Source: Tubiluchus corallicola
Lineage: Eukaryota; Animalia; Priapulida
Assembly (NCBI GenBank): GCA_030141605.1
Contig: JAQGDQ010000005.1
Location: 1,550,180 to 1,614,179, forward strand
Reading direction: 5' to 3'
DNA length: 64,000 bases
Numbering within the stretch: the stretch's first letter is position 1; each line of letters begins with the position of its first letter. The notes beneath the pieces were generated by a model that was not told the origin of the DNA, searched no databases, and saw nothing but the letters and a program-made list of their open reading frames with translations. Shown here piece by piece: positions 14,128-27,678 of the stretch. The translations under genes and the position numbers were made by a program.

Positions 14128-17100
14128 ATGAAGACAAAATATGCGGATGTGCTTCAGCAACTTCATGCTATCTTTCCTGGTGTAAAAGATCCTGTGCTTT
14201 GTCTTACAATTGCTGCTCATCATCACAGAGCCGAACAGTCAGAGCAGTTGTTGCTACAGCATGTGACAAATGACTTGCTTGAGCTTCACACATACAAGTA
14301 AGGAATTTAGTTTTTCAGTCTACAAAATTTTGCAGTGTAGTTTTAGTGATGTGCATTCATAAGTTTTACATGTATAATTACATTTTTATTTATACTTGTT
14401 CTTGCACATCAAAATGCGTAGCTCATCAAAATGAACTGAAAAGTCACATAAAGTGGTAATACGAGGTTTGTTTGAATCAGTAAAAAGGGAAAACAAAAAT
14501 TATTTTGCCAGGGCAGCACTACGTTCATGCACAGTAGAGAAAATACCGGAATTTTCCTTTTAAAAGCCTTGTTGCTATGGTACCGAGCTTGGAAGTATGG
14601 TTCAAATTTTCTGCATGTGTGTGATGGGATTTGCTTGTGAAAAAACTGTGTGACGTTAAAATGTAAAAGAAAGTCATTATTAAATTGTTAGTGATTTTGT
14701 AAATGGTTACACCAGTTAGCGGACGGTTAGACGTTTAAACGGATAACTGTCTCATCTTTATTTATCATTATATATATATCATTAATCGTACATATATATA
14801 TATATATAAATATATATATATGTAGAGAGAGAGAGGAGTGCCCTTTAATTTTATTACCATTGCCATGAATGTTGTGTTTTCATTGCCGTTACTTTCTTAG
14901 CTTGTTTGTTTGTTAATAAAATTATGCTAAAACTGCTTCAGCGATTTTCATGAAACATTTTGGAAGGGCAGGATATGTGAGGAGAAAGAATTCTATCAAT
15001 TTTGGCAGTGGCTGATTAAGAATTGTAAAAGAAAATCAGTTTTCAATGATTAACTATAGGCTTGCATGGGGAAAATTCTGCGTGTAATGTCGCAATTGAG
15101 CACTGTAAAAAAATTACCAACAGTGGTGCATGTCAGAAATCAGCTGACATGAGAACATTTGACCTAAGTCACTATGTCATTTATTAAATTTTATGTTTTA
15201 TTTCTTTTGCAATTGATTTCTGACGCACCTATTGAATTTTGTTTTTGTTTTTATTCACTACTTTCTAGGAACCTTACTAATGCCTTCAATTCCAAGAGGA
15301 GAAAAAAGTATCAGAGAACTCGTCTTCAGTCTCATGACCATAGTAACACTCAGCAAAATAAAGTTAGGCCATCAGGTAAATCAGTTAAAATAATTAAGTT
15401 TCAGCTTTGTTGATTACTGTTCTTAGTAGTTGTACTGATGTTATATATGTTTTTTGTTCCCAGCTTGTTAAAGAATTGTAGTCAAACAACGAAAGACAAA
15501 CACTAAACCTAAACCAAATATTTGGCTATTTCATGAAACTTATGTTTATTTTATAAATTTTACTAAAAAGAACTTTTAATTGCCAATTTATCAAAATGCT
15601 GCTTGTTCTTGTTCTTGTTATTCATTCTGCACTTTTGTTAAAAAATTTTAACTAACAGATGAAAAATAAGAACAGAGTGGTTTAGGAAATTTTGTGAAAT
15701 TGAATTGAATGTGGAATTTACTATTAAATACAGGTTAGGCAAAAAGGAAACTAAGCAGATGTATAAGTTGCTGAATTTGCACCCTGCAGATAACAATACA
15801 TAAATATTAATTGCAACTTTTATCATATCAAGATGTGCTATTATTAGATATTTATGGTGATATAGATATGAAAATGTATGAATTTCAAATTTGGTATTTA
15901 TTTTTTATTAGATAGATTTTATATAAAAGCACTAAACTTCTTTTAGCTTTGTTACTGGGTGTGTATGTCTAAGCTGTAGTCAAGTTTAGCAGCCGAGGTT
16001 GTCAATATGAAGATACTGGTGATAGCCACATTTACAAAAGCATTACTCTAACTGTGCTAATAGCTTTTAGTAGAATAGATGCACTTGCAGGTGCACTTTT
16101 TTTACTGTTAACGTAAAAGATTTCCTTTCTTTCCTTGCAGGTCCTTCGTATGACAGTAATATTAGTCATAATGATACCATAGTATTAGATAACACCCCAG
16201 AGAAAAATGAGACACAGAGGTATGTATGTACGAGTAAGTAAGAGCAAAACTGTTGAAACATTGACGAGATAGTATTGTTTAGCTACTTAAAAATCTCTTC
16301 ATTGCCATTTGTAAACACAAGTAGATGGGAGCCTTAAAATTGGTGTTTTAGCAGCATTGTCTGCACCATACATAACATGATTAAGTGCAACTGCTGTGAC
16401 TTAGATCAAAAAATACTCATTCAACTGCTAACATATAGCAAGGGAGGGGGGAAATTGTTGGATAGCCATTACTGTTTATGTCAAGCATTAATTTTTTCCG
16501 TAGCAATTTGATTATAATAGTGCATATTAATTGGGAATTACATATAATTAAGATTCTTCTTCACAGCAGAATCTTCTTGATTTACTCCTGGCTTTTATTT
16601 ATTTATTTATTCTTTGTCCTGTTTATTTCTATAATAACTCACATATACACAGAGCTGGGGTCATGAAACTGACAGGACACGCACTCCAGGTAGATTGTTT
16701 ATGGTTATGCGTTACATGTTACCAGGATCGATCAAGGGTCACAGAGGAGTGGGCAGGGTTTCTTTTTTCTTGTAGGCTGGATCTCCTCGTATAGCTTTTG
16801 AACTAGGGCCACAATTTTTGGTATGCAGTTGGGGGGGTCAAAGTCTAGTGAATAACTGATTGGGTGCCTTTGTGTATGGCATAATTTTTCAGTAGGGGGC
16901 AAAAAAACAATGGACACTCATATGCTTCCAGTCTAGAATAACAGTGGCTTGTAGTATATCAAGTAAACGGAATCGATAAAGCAACTTGAATGGTATGAGT
17001 TACCCACCCATGACACCCAAGACCTCACCGTAGGAGCAAAAACCAGAACTGATCACCTTGGGACAAGTACTTTCATTGTCAAAGAACACCAGGTCATAGT

Positions 17101-20100
17101 ACATCAAATGAAAGGTTTTGTTCAGACAAATAGTTGTCAGTGAGGCACTTATTTTGCACTTAGCAATTCCTGTAATTGTCATGTTTTTTGCAGTGAAACT
17201 GTTGCTGATCCTCTGTCTTCTACATTGAAAAATGATCTAGTAACTAGTGAGTCAAAGATGAATATCGAACAGCAAGTAGAGGATATTAAACCAAGTGCAT
17301 TACAAGCTAATATGCCTACTGGGAGTGTTGCATGTGCTGGAGAAAACGTTACCAATACTACTGAAAGTAAGGACTGTAACCAATAATTTTACATTTGTGG
17401 AAAGATAAGCTATTAGCAGTATACTCAAAAACAAGCCAAAATGTTAGCGTAAAGCTCTTTTTATCAGCTAAAAATAGGAGTCGGTTGCCCTACATGAGAT
17501 AGTCTCAAAAAATTACAACAATTATTTTTTATTATTATTACAGCACAATGTAATCACAGTAGTGATGATTTTACAGCAGTTTAAGCTTCGCTCATTTCAG
17601 TGATGGTAATTTGGTATTCACGAAAAGTTTGAAATTATTCAGCAATAATAGCTTGATGGTTGTTAGTATTAGTTAAAATGCAATTATGCAAAATGACAAT
17701 GTACATTACACTTTTTATTTGATGTCTTCTTTGTGCACCAAGATCACTTCAAGATCGTACCATCTCACAGATGTTTTTATACTATTAAAGTATGTCAGTC
17801 TAGATTCCAACAATCTGTTCTTAAATTAGGCTGTTGGGCTTCTTCACCAGCATCTTTTACTTTACTTTAGGTTGAATATTATGGTAGTATAAGAGATAAG
17901 GCTTCTTAAGTGGTTCAGTTACTTTCCTGCCCATCGTTTCCAATGTGTCATCCTCAATAGTATATTTATTGACTGGCACCCTCTTATAAGTATTTCCTAA
18001 GGAACCTCGAGTGGGCCGTGTTGCTTTCTAATTATTGCTTCGTTCTTTTTTTTAATGATATTACTGATTGTATTGTGTCCCATATATCTAGAAGTGCTGC
18101 TGTAATTATTCCTTTCTATAAAGCAGTTGTTCCACACATTTTGGAGTATGTTGATTGTGTGGTTATTGCAGTATGCTCTCAAGAGTACACTCAGGATCAA
18201 TGTATTTATCTAACTTTTGATTTGAATCCCACTTCAAAACTAGTCTCGAACAGAAACGTGCAACCAGTGACATTTAACTCTTTCATCACCAGCCGTCTGT
18301 ACTCCATTGGTCAATAGTTTCAAAAGACATTAGACAAAGGTCCGCTTATAGCTAGTTACCATCTAGGTGCTTATTTCTTTGGATATGGCATTGTTAGATG
18401 AGGTACTAGACTTGTTACTTCAATTGTACATCAAATCTTAGAATGCTTTTTTTAAAGAACAAAAGTTTAGAGAAACCACACCCTTTATTGTATTTACCGG
18501 CTGCTTTGAATTAAATTTTATGTTGTTGTCGTAGAACAAAATCGTTCACACGTGATAAATTACTCAGTATGCTGATTTCATGTGAACTACATTGATACTT
18601 GTGGATCACAAGCAAGTCAACAACATGGTAGATAATCCCGTCTATTGAAAACAAGGAACTTGAGGCAGCAAATTATGAATGTGCCGTGTCATGTAATCAG
18701 AGTACCTAATATAACATTGTACAACAAACTACCTTTTAGCTTATAGTATAGGTAGCTGATTTTACATCTGCAACTTTTTGCATGCTTTTACCATTGCTGC
18801 ATCAGAACAATGTGTAACTGCAAGTAGTTTTACAGGTTGCAGCTTGCATTGGCATAGCTTCTTGAGGTTTTGTTCATTTGTTTAAACTGTTTATTGGTAG
18901 CTTCTAAAGAGACAGAATTTTTTAACATGTGTTTTGCAATTTAAAAAATTTTAAAATCATATTATGTGCAGGTCATGATCCTCATACCTTTGTGCTAGAT
19001 CAACTAGTTAAATCTCAAGGTGATATTGCTCCTACAATGCAAAATGTTGAACATAATTCTCTTGATGTCATTCAAAGAGAACCAACTACTGCAACCCCTT
19101 TTCCTCAAAAAGACGCTTCTATAGCCGGAATATTGTTTCATCAAGATGATCCACATCATATCGCCATAGACAGAATTCCGCTTCCGCAAGAGAACTTAGA
19201 AGAAACAAAAATTTTGCTTCCTCGTGAAAGTTTGAGTGTGGTTGGAATTCATCTTCCAAGAGAAGCTACTGGAGAAAATCAGAGTGTCTACCATCCTGGC
19301 CAAATCTCTGTTGGACAGTCTGATTGTATAACTGTTGCTCAGAACATTAATGATCAAGTGAATGTTGAACAACCTCCAATGCCGCAAAATACAAGTGTAA
19401 CTTCTCAGGAACAAAATAGAGTGGAAAAAGAGCAAGTCAGTCTCAAGGAGCAACATGTTGCTACAGTAGTAAGTGCCTATTTGTATTTGCTTTTTAGTTA
19501 TAGCTGCTTATAGGCAGTAAACTGCATTTTCCAAGTACTGAATTTCCAAGTTGCATTTTTTAGAACTTATTTAACTTAGAATCTTTCACTTGAGTTGACT
19601 GTTGCTTTAAACTAGATGTCATTTAAGATCACTTAATGTTTTAGATCTTGCTGGTGCAAATTTGCTAATGTTGTTGTTTTTTTGTCTTTGGAAGTAGAAT
19701 ATCTTTTGTTTACACAAGTATGTATTACATATTATTATTATAATTTTTGAAATGTTTATGCAGTCTGCTTACATTTCCATAAAATTTGCTTTTTTCAGCT
19801 ACAGTTATTTTCAGACGCTCAAATTGATTACGTCCGTGAGCAGGTCAACAGCTTGATAGATAATCCAGACTGTATTAATATTATATGCAACTATATGTTG
19901 GAGAATAAGTATCCAAAGGTTGAAAAAGTTAAGCCAAAACCTAAAAAGAATGATGCGGATGAAGCAGAAGATTCTAGAACTGCAACTAAAACGGTAAAAT
20001 AGAAAATTACACTACAAATAATTTCTTTGGAAAAAAATTATCAAACTTTTTATTTTCTTTGCTTTCCACTATTTTTTGTAAGTGTTTTTGGTTGTCAACG

Positions 20101-23100
20101 TTGAGCAATATTCTTGACTAATTTTTTTTATTTATTTAAATTTGGCACTAGATGTGCCTGGGTTTGTGGAGTCTGATTCGACTAAACATTTGTTGCCAAA
20201 GCAAACATTTTTTTCTAAAGCATTCTCCTCATTTTGACGGATTTGCTGTTTGTTTTGTTTTTTGTTTATTTTATAAATTTTACTTAAGTAGGTTTGTAAT
20301 GTTATAATTTTGCAATTGGCATTAATTGCATATTAGTTAAGTTCAAATATTTACGTATTTGTACCTTTTTTGTCAAATAGTAAAACACTGGTTTTTTACA
20401 GTTCCAGTATTACCAAGAAGAGTTAGGGAGGAAGACGTCTTATTTATACAGGCAGCAAGCATTGGTCTTGTTAAAGAAAGAGTTCCCACAGGTGGGTTTT
20501 TATATATTCTTTGCAGTACAACATTTTCAAACATGCTTGCAATTTTATTTGCTTGCTGCTTTCACTTTAAATATTTATTTGTTACTACATTGTCATAGAA
20601 AAACGGTAACATTCGTTGAAGTGGATTTCGCTTTATGTTTATAGTGTATAATTATAGTAATATGTAGTTTTTAAATTTTTTGGTTGAATTTTTTAGCTTT
20701 CTGTGAGAGATATTGCTTGGGTGTTTACTCATTTTAATTGGAAATATGCTCCAACAAAATGCTTTTTGGCTAAATTAATCCAAGAGCATTGCAGCGAGAA
20801 GAAACCTTCATACATACCATTCATTTTCTCAGTTAGTTTAGGTAAGTTTTCTTTTTTGGGAGGGGTTGCTATTTTAAGATTTACTGTCTTTTTATGTAAT
20901 TGGTTTCCTTGCATATCACACATTTTGTAGTACAATAAGCGGCCTCGCAAAAAGAACATGCCATGGTTGTTTCATAAGATGTTAGATTTTTGGATACAAG
21001 CATAAGGATCTTATTTATCTAAGCAAATGCAAAAAGTAACATTACAGTCACATTCAATGTCATAAACAGCATTAGACTTAAAATTAAGAGAAAATTTAGG
21101 CTTGTTTTTATTCATCAAAACAACACAGACTCGTTAAAGCTGCATACCCTATCTACACCACACAAAACTGTACCACAACCGCAATCATCAGAAGGCACCT
21201 GATCAGAATTTGCATATAGACTGCTTCTTTACGTTCTGCTAATTCTGGCCTCATGTTGAAGAAACATAGATCATAATCGTTATTTATTAAGTCTAAGCAC
21301 TCCACTGGAACATTTTCTACAAAAAGTATCAGAAGAGTTTACAATTTTCCACACGATTTAAATACCCTAGCCCTAATCCCAATCTCAACCTTAACCTTAA
21401 TGTGCTTCACAAATTAATTTCTTGTGTGTTTGGGGAATTGTAAAGCATAGCCAAAGCAGCAAAACCCGTGTGTTTATGATAATACAAAGGGGGTCTAATA
21501 GTGAAATTGTTCCCTATAAATTGAAAATTCTTTGAGAAATTTGCACCAGTAAGCAACTTGTGTAGTCAAGCAATTTTATACCGTTTCTTTATTTTGCAAA
21601 CAGTAAGTAATTTTATTTTCCCTGTTTAGAGCTGAGATTGTATATGTGATGATTAGCAGATAGGTATCTCGTTCAAATTATATTGTTAAGTAGAATGCAG
21701 TGCACAATGAGGATTGTTTCTTTTTTACAAAAAATAACTCTGCACTTATAAGTTTTTAATATGAGAAATAATTGTAATTGCAGGTGCACATCCACCGAAA
21801 ACATTCAAAACTTTAAAAAGCAGAAGGCCTACCAGAAATTTGTTTTTGCCAAAAGCTGTTATGGATGAAGAGTTGGCAGATGAAGTAGATGTGGTTAATA
21901 ACCAAGATAATTTCAAACCAGATGAAGACCAAGCTGCGGTAAATATGTTCAGATTACTAAAAAAATATGTCTTGTGTGTAAGTATTTGCTGGAAGTCAGA
22001 TTGACAAAATACTTCATCATTACTTACATCAAGGATCTTGTGCAAATTTTCAATCATATATTAAAAATAGGTAACTTTCTAAGTTTTTATTCTTAGCTAA
22101 AGCTTCTGGGTAATTCTTAGTTTAACAACAGCATATGAAACTCTGACTCATGCACACTGATGCACCTATTTTTGTTGTTGTTATTGTTGTTGTTGTTGCT
22201 ATTATTATTATTATTAACAATTTGTTGATCATTAAAAAATTTCTCCAGTTTACATTAAATATCACAACAGTAAAGTCATCGTACAATTTAAATCTACGGT
22301 TAACAGTTAGATACACATTACAATCATACAGCTTTAAATCTGAAAATGTAACTGTGACACATGCAAAATGTAGCTCAAACTGTTTTTCTTTTGTAACCTT
22401 AAATCAAACAGTATTACTAAAATAAATTTATGCTAAAAATCATTAAATTAAATTACGCTCTACAAATTCGTACTTACATATTTTTTGCTATAATTATATT
22501 ATAAATGGTAACTTATATATAACTGAATGGTTTACATAACAGTATTTCGTTACTGATCATATTTGCATATGGTTAATAAATGTCTAATTCGAAACATGTC
22601 ATTTAATATCCTTTTAAGTAAGTCACCAATTGATGTGAAATCGAGTGTTGCATATTTACTGCTTAATTCCACACTATAAGTATAACAACAGAAAACATTT
22701 TCCTCCCTTTGGATCGAGGAGTTATCGCAATTATAAACTCTGTACTCCCTGAGAAGAAGGACACATCTGCCCTACTCATTTCGCAGGTTGTGCGACAAAA
22801 ATTTAGCCCTTGTAGGCATTTGTATTCCTAATATACATACTGCTTGAGTGTTTGTTGCATGATATGTTTTATTCGACATTTATCTTTTCAACTTGTATAC
22901 AGATGAAGGGGAGTGCTTATGTATTTCAAAACAATTTATGTAACCTTTACTATAGCATTGTAGTTAACATAATTTGCATGCACTTCTTCAAGATTCCTCT
23001 TGCAATGGTAGCAAGTTAAGGTACATGTGACATTCTGTTCAGCTCTACTATTTTTTAGTTATTTGTTTTTTCGAGTCTTTCACGTCATTCCTGTTCTTAC

Positions 23101-26100
23101 TTTAAAAGTCGTTTTCATTCTGCCTTGTTGTATGTTCTATGCTGTTTCGTTTTATTTTCTTTTGTTGTGTCTTGCCTTCATTTTTCAGTCTGTCTTGTTT
23201 TCTGCTTTGTTCTGTTATAGCTGTTATCTTTCATTATGTACCTTTACTTTTTCTTGTTCCATTCTGCCTTGTCTTTTTTCATTTCATTCTAAATAAGAAT
23301 GGCACAGGTTGTATAGTGATTACAAATGAAAACGGCTTCCATTCTGCTCTGCTGTGTTCTATTTGCTCTTAATTGTGCTGTATTCTGCCTTATCCTTTCC
23401 CATACTATTCTGCATTATTTTGCTTTCACTATCATTACAGGCAGTAAATAATGAACTTGGAAAAGAGGCTCCAGTGGACGAAACACTTATAGAGTGCGGA
23501 TGCTGCTATGATGAAGTAGCATTTGAAAAAATGGTACAGTGTTATGAAGGACATTTGTTTTGTGAAGAATGTCTTCGGCGATATGCAAATGAAGCTGTCT
23601 TTGGTGAAGCAAAAGTATATTTTTCACTTAAATAATCTTTTTTACCTATTATAAATATAAGAACTAGGTTATTCAGTTTTATTCAGACTAGGAATTAACA
23701 AACTGGTTATTAGCAATCTTGTTACTCTATTGTATAGTTGCTTTGAGTTTACTTGAATCAATTCAAAGCAAGTTATATAATAGAGTAGCAAGATTGCTTG
23801 TATTTTCAGTCAGCTGTAATTATTATAGCTATAGTTTTCTCGAGACAAGAAAATATTGTATAACCGTATTAGTGCAAACGTAACACAATGCTTGAAATTT
23901 TGATGTAACAACAATCATTTTAACAACAATCATATTTTAAAATTAAATTTGATAAATATGTCTTAGATTTTCAGTTGTTTTTTGTCCTTGGTTGCTTATA
24001 TTATTTACTAAGTGAAATGTGTTGCTTAGTTGGCTTTGGACTGTATGAGTGATGGTTGCGATGGTTCCTTCCCTCTTAGTCAGTTACGTAAAGCACTGCC
24101 ACAAAAGCTCATCGCTCGATATGAGGAAAAACAGAAGGAAGAATCGCTCAATATTGCAAACTTACCAGGTCTAGTCAGGTTAGTTTAAACATTTAATATA
24201 GAATTGTATTTTCACAATGGTTGAAATTTTGTACTTTTTAGTGCTAGTGTTTAACAGATTCGCATTGGTACATCGTTTTTGAGTGATAGTGAAATTTCAT
24301 GCAAGAATAACATGTCCGTGTTTTATGTATGAACTAAACTATTATGTGTTGTATACACTAAACAGAGATAAAATTATGTATTACCTGAGCTGTGCTTATT
24401 TTGAAAAATGTCTGTATTTAATCACAATTAAATTTGTGACTGTTTGATTTTGCTACATTGTTGTTTGTAGCACTAAAAATTAATTATTGTTTATGCACCC
24501 GAACATAAAACTGTGTGAGACGGACTACCTTATGAAGGTTTGTGAAGGCATGAGTTATCGTATTGTTTAAGGTTGGCATTTAATTAGTAATGGGCAGTGG
24601 ACTAGTTTAGAAATTGAGCTGGATTGTATTGGACAGGAAGGGATTTTTTGCAGAAAAGTGTTAAATTTTGTTAGAAAATGATTAGAACTATAAATGCATT
24701 TTATTTTGTAGAAATCTGATTTTTCAGATGTCCACACTGTGCGTTTGCTGCTCTTTTGCCAGAGGAGGATAAAGTCTTTCGCTGCCAAAACCAGGAATGT
24801 TTAAGAGTGAGCTATCTAGTTTTGAAGTACCTACATGTTTAAATGTGTAAAATATTTAAAGATTACATTAGATGCACGTGTAATTTTATGCACGTTTGGT
24901 TTTAGGAAACCTGTCGTTATTGCAAGGAGGATTGGGAAGAACATTTTGGGAAGCGATGCGAAGAAATTGAGAAGCGAGATGAAGTCTCAATACGTCAAAA
25001 ATAGTAAGGATTTTCTATTGCAATCTTTCCCATGAAAACATGATGTAAGGGGAGGATTTTGGATAAAATCTTTTGTGAGTGTATGTCTGCTTTATGAATA
25101 ATTTTAATGCACATTGAATATTTCAGTGAAGAGCAGATGACCGAAGCAAAAATAAGAACTTGTTGGAAATGTAAGGTTAAATTCACCAAATCTGAGGGCT
25201 GTAATAAGATGACATGTAGCTGTGGTGCTAAGATGTGTTATATCTGTCGTCAACCAAAGGTAAATTATAATTTTTTCTGTTTAACATATGGCGGACCGAA
25301 GTTTTCAAAAAATGTTTTTTAAAGCTTACTTATTAATATTTTATTATATGACACTATATTACTCTATCTACTTACTTTTTTTATCTACTTAACTTTAAAC
25401 TTATGTCATTATAAACTACTAAAAATAGCTCATTTCATTACCCTTGTATGTAACGTTAAAACACCAGCTTTTTCTGCAACATTTAGTAATATTTAACACT
25501 ACGTTTTGTGAGCTTTATTAGCAGCAAACTGCATAAAAGATTACTGATTTGATGGTACGAATCTATTTTTGTGATATTATATTAAATTCAAAAACTTGAT
25601 AGATGTAAATAATGGAAACTTGCAAAAAGACTGTGGCAAAATTTGTGTCTGAAATAGAACTATTTAGTGCAAGCTAATGCGTTTACCTACTTGTCCATAT
25701 GCTGATGTTACAAGCTGACAGTTAATTAAATTTTGATACCAAACGTGGAACTAGGAAACGTGAAAAAGTTGGGATGCAACCTGGATTTGAACCAGGGATC
25801 TTCTGCTTATATTACAGATGCCTTTGCCACAGGTCTGCAATGTAAACAATCCAAATCCAGGCTTCAACCCAACTTTTTCACACTTACTGTCTTTTACGTT
25901 TGGTATCAAAATGTAATTAAATTCGGGTTTGTAACATCATTAATAATAATCTTGACGCTAAGATTATAGTAATAATTGTCAATTTGAAATTTCAAATTAC
26001 TTTGGCTTTTTCAAAATTAAAAATTCTTGTGCAGTAGTTGCCATTTATTGGACTCGCTGTTAATAGAACAAATCGCTTAATTGACTCAGATAATTCTACA

Positions 26101-27678
26101 TAACTGACTCATTATTTTTGTCTCGTGTACTTAAGTAAGTCATTTGTGATCAGTGAGCTTTTGTGTCCTTTTGACTTTGTTTTTATGTACTATAATATAG
26201 GTAGAAAGTACCGTTTGTAAGCAGGTTTGTTTAACCTGATAACCTAGCATAGCGTTTTTGCTTTGGGTTTATCACCCGCTTGTCTGCTGTAAAAATTTGC
26301 CTCGTTGCCCAACATTTTGTGAAAGTTGTACTTTTAGTCACATGGCCTAGCAGTTTCGTTTTGAAGTGCTTTGTGCTTTTCACAAAATGTTTAATCAGTT
26401 AACTGTTATGCTACCGATTCATCAACAGTAATCTGCCAGCATTCTTTGTGGGTCTACAAGCGTAAACATCATAAAGCAACCAAGAGTGTAGAATTAATTT
26501 TGAAAAAAACTACAGGTGCAGTAATCTAAACTCTTCATTTTGTTGGGCTCTGAGAAATACCTAATCCAAGTGATTTGCACAAAAGCGAATTGCACAAAAT
26601 ATTAGTTAATACAGCAGGCCGAGCTATAATAGGAAATGCAGAAGCAGAATTGGTCTAAAGAATGGAATTGCAAAAAAATATTGTGAGTTATGCTGGATTT
26701 GAATTTGGTTAAGCGCTTCAGGCAAACCTTAAATCGATCCTAGTAGTTCACTATCAGTGTAATAAGCCTAGTGTTTATTTGCATATTCTGACGTAATACA
26801 CAAATTTAGTTAATTCTTTATCAGTTTTGGAGTTAATTCTTATTGGTCAATTAATTATAATCGGTTAAGTAATCTGTGTAATTTGCTAGTTGTTTAAGGA
26901 CAAGTAATTTTATTCTAATCTGCATGGCAAATGCCTGAAAAATGTTACTCTTGCTTCCAGTTCTGCTTTATCTCTTATTTAGAACAACTTGATGGAAGAA
27001 AATAATGTGGTTTTTATTATTTCAGTTTGTCATGTAATGCATGCTTTGCCGTGTTTTACAGATTGATTATAATCATTTCTGTCGACATGCACGGGACCCA
27101 GGTAAAGAGTGTAATCAGTGTAAGGCCTGCAGTTTGTGGACCAACTCAGAGGAGGACGATGAACAAGCTATACGTGAAATACGTGAGACAGCTGAAAAAG
27201 AGAGACTTGACAAAGGTAATGTGTGTGTGTGTGTGCGTGTACATGTGCGTATGTATGTATGCGCAAAATAAAGCTACTGTATTTTTGACATGTGATTTAC
27301 TTTCTACTTCAAATTTTGGGTAAATTCTGTTTTTGTTTGTACTTGAACTGGTACTACTGGCATTTTTCAGGCTATACTGATAAACGGTTGATTGGTGCCC
27401 CAGAAGAAGCTATACCTCAGAAAAAACACAAACCAAATAGACATCAGCTCGACCTACCTGGCAGACATCACATTGGAAATTTATATTTCGACCATCATGC
27501 TGATAGACTAATGATGCCACCACCAGCACATTTGCCGATGATGCATGTAATGGATGTGCATCTTCCACCACCACCTCCGCCACCTTTACATCAGCCAAGG
27601 GTGCTTAATCCAGTGGTTGGACGTCCTCCACCTTTTATTCCCAGGCCTTTAGACCCTCACAATCCACACCATTTTTGA
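14128..27678 (+). CDS. RNF216: RBR (RING1-IBR-RING2) E3 ubiquitin ligase, RNF216/TRIAD3 family, 16 coding exons
   Basis: Exons 14128-14297, 15269-15375, 16141-16219, 17194-17366, 18972-19468, 19799-19993, 20402-20491, 20697-20841, 21784-21938, 23441-23614, 24030-24178, 24728-24807, 24906-25004, 25127-25259, 27062-27215, 27371-27678 join in frame. RING1 IECGCCY...[27 protein letters not shown]...ETCRYC, RING2 [21 protein letters not shown] with intact catalytic Cys, YNHFC..CSLW, Pro/His-rich tail. N-terminal exons are less certain than the RBR part. Confidence 0.9.
14770..14836. repeat. (TA)n/(GA)n microsatellite
   Basis: Runs of TATATA and GAGAGA seen directly. Confidence 0.85.
14851..15020 (+). 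mobile_element. Helentron/DINE-1-like non-autonomous element, degraded
   Basis: Layout TTATTACC...GTTGTGTTTTCA...(TGTT)n...AAAACTGCT..CGATTTTCATGAAAC...ATCAATTTTGG resembles this widespread element type as I recall it. Confidence 0.5.
17750..18290 (-). mobile_element. Decayed RTE-like LINE fragment (post-RT region)
   Basis: Frameshifted translation [11 protein letters not shown]...[12 protein letters not shown](K)VTE resembles the RTE motif DRKRNEWIR...GHxxR..RWxxKVTEW; many stops. Confidence 0.35.
21335..21445. repeat. Dispersed repeat with telomere-like (CCCTAA) core
   Basis: AGAGTTTACAATT...TTTAAATACCCTAGCCCTAATCC...GGGGAATTGTAAA; inverted homologue at 33752-33880. Confidence 0.7.
23027..23432. 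repeat. Degenerate (TTCTG/ATTCT)n low-complexity tract
   Basis: Repeated TTCTG/TTCTA/TTGTC pentamers; explains the hydrophobic junk ORFs at 23027 and 23139. Confidence 0.65.
25722..25920. mobile_element. Palindromic element with tRNA-derived core
   Basis: Arms TTAATTAAATTTTGATACCAAACGT / ACGTTTGGTATCAAAATGTAATTAA and TGAAAAAGTTGGG..CCTGGATTTG / CAAATCCAGG..CCCAACTTTTTCA; minus strand has the T-arm/B-box-like AGATCCCTGGTTCAAATCCAGG. Confidence 0.7.
26032..26880. mobile_element. pogo/Tigger-like MITE, right end degraded
   Basis: Left end CAGTAGTTGCCATTTATTGGACTC; internal 26205-26365 aligns with 34351-34506. Confidence 0.6.
27219..27262. repeat. (GT)n-like microsatellite
   Basis: Seen directly, just after the donor at 27216. 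Confidence 0.8.

Noticed and set aside
20359-20598. ORF containing FIQAA, which resembles human RNF216
   Set aside because: Flanking splice phases require the other frame ([30 protein letters not shown], 20402-20491).
22122-23372. Hydrophobic short ORFs as membrane peptides
   Set aside because: Products of (GTT)n/(ATT)n and TTCTG low-complexity intron sequence.
25760-25835. Functional tRNA gene
   Set aside because: Acceptor stem and anticodon loop are irregular, and the sequence sits inside a palindromic repeat.
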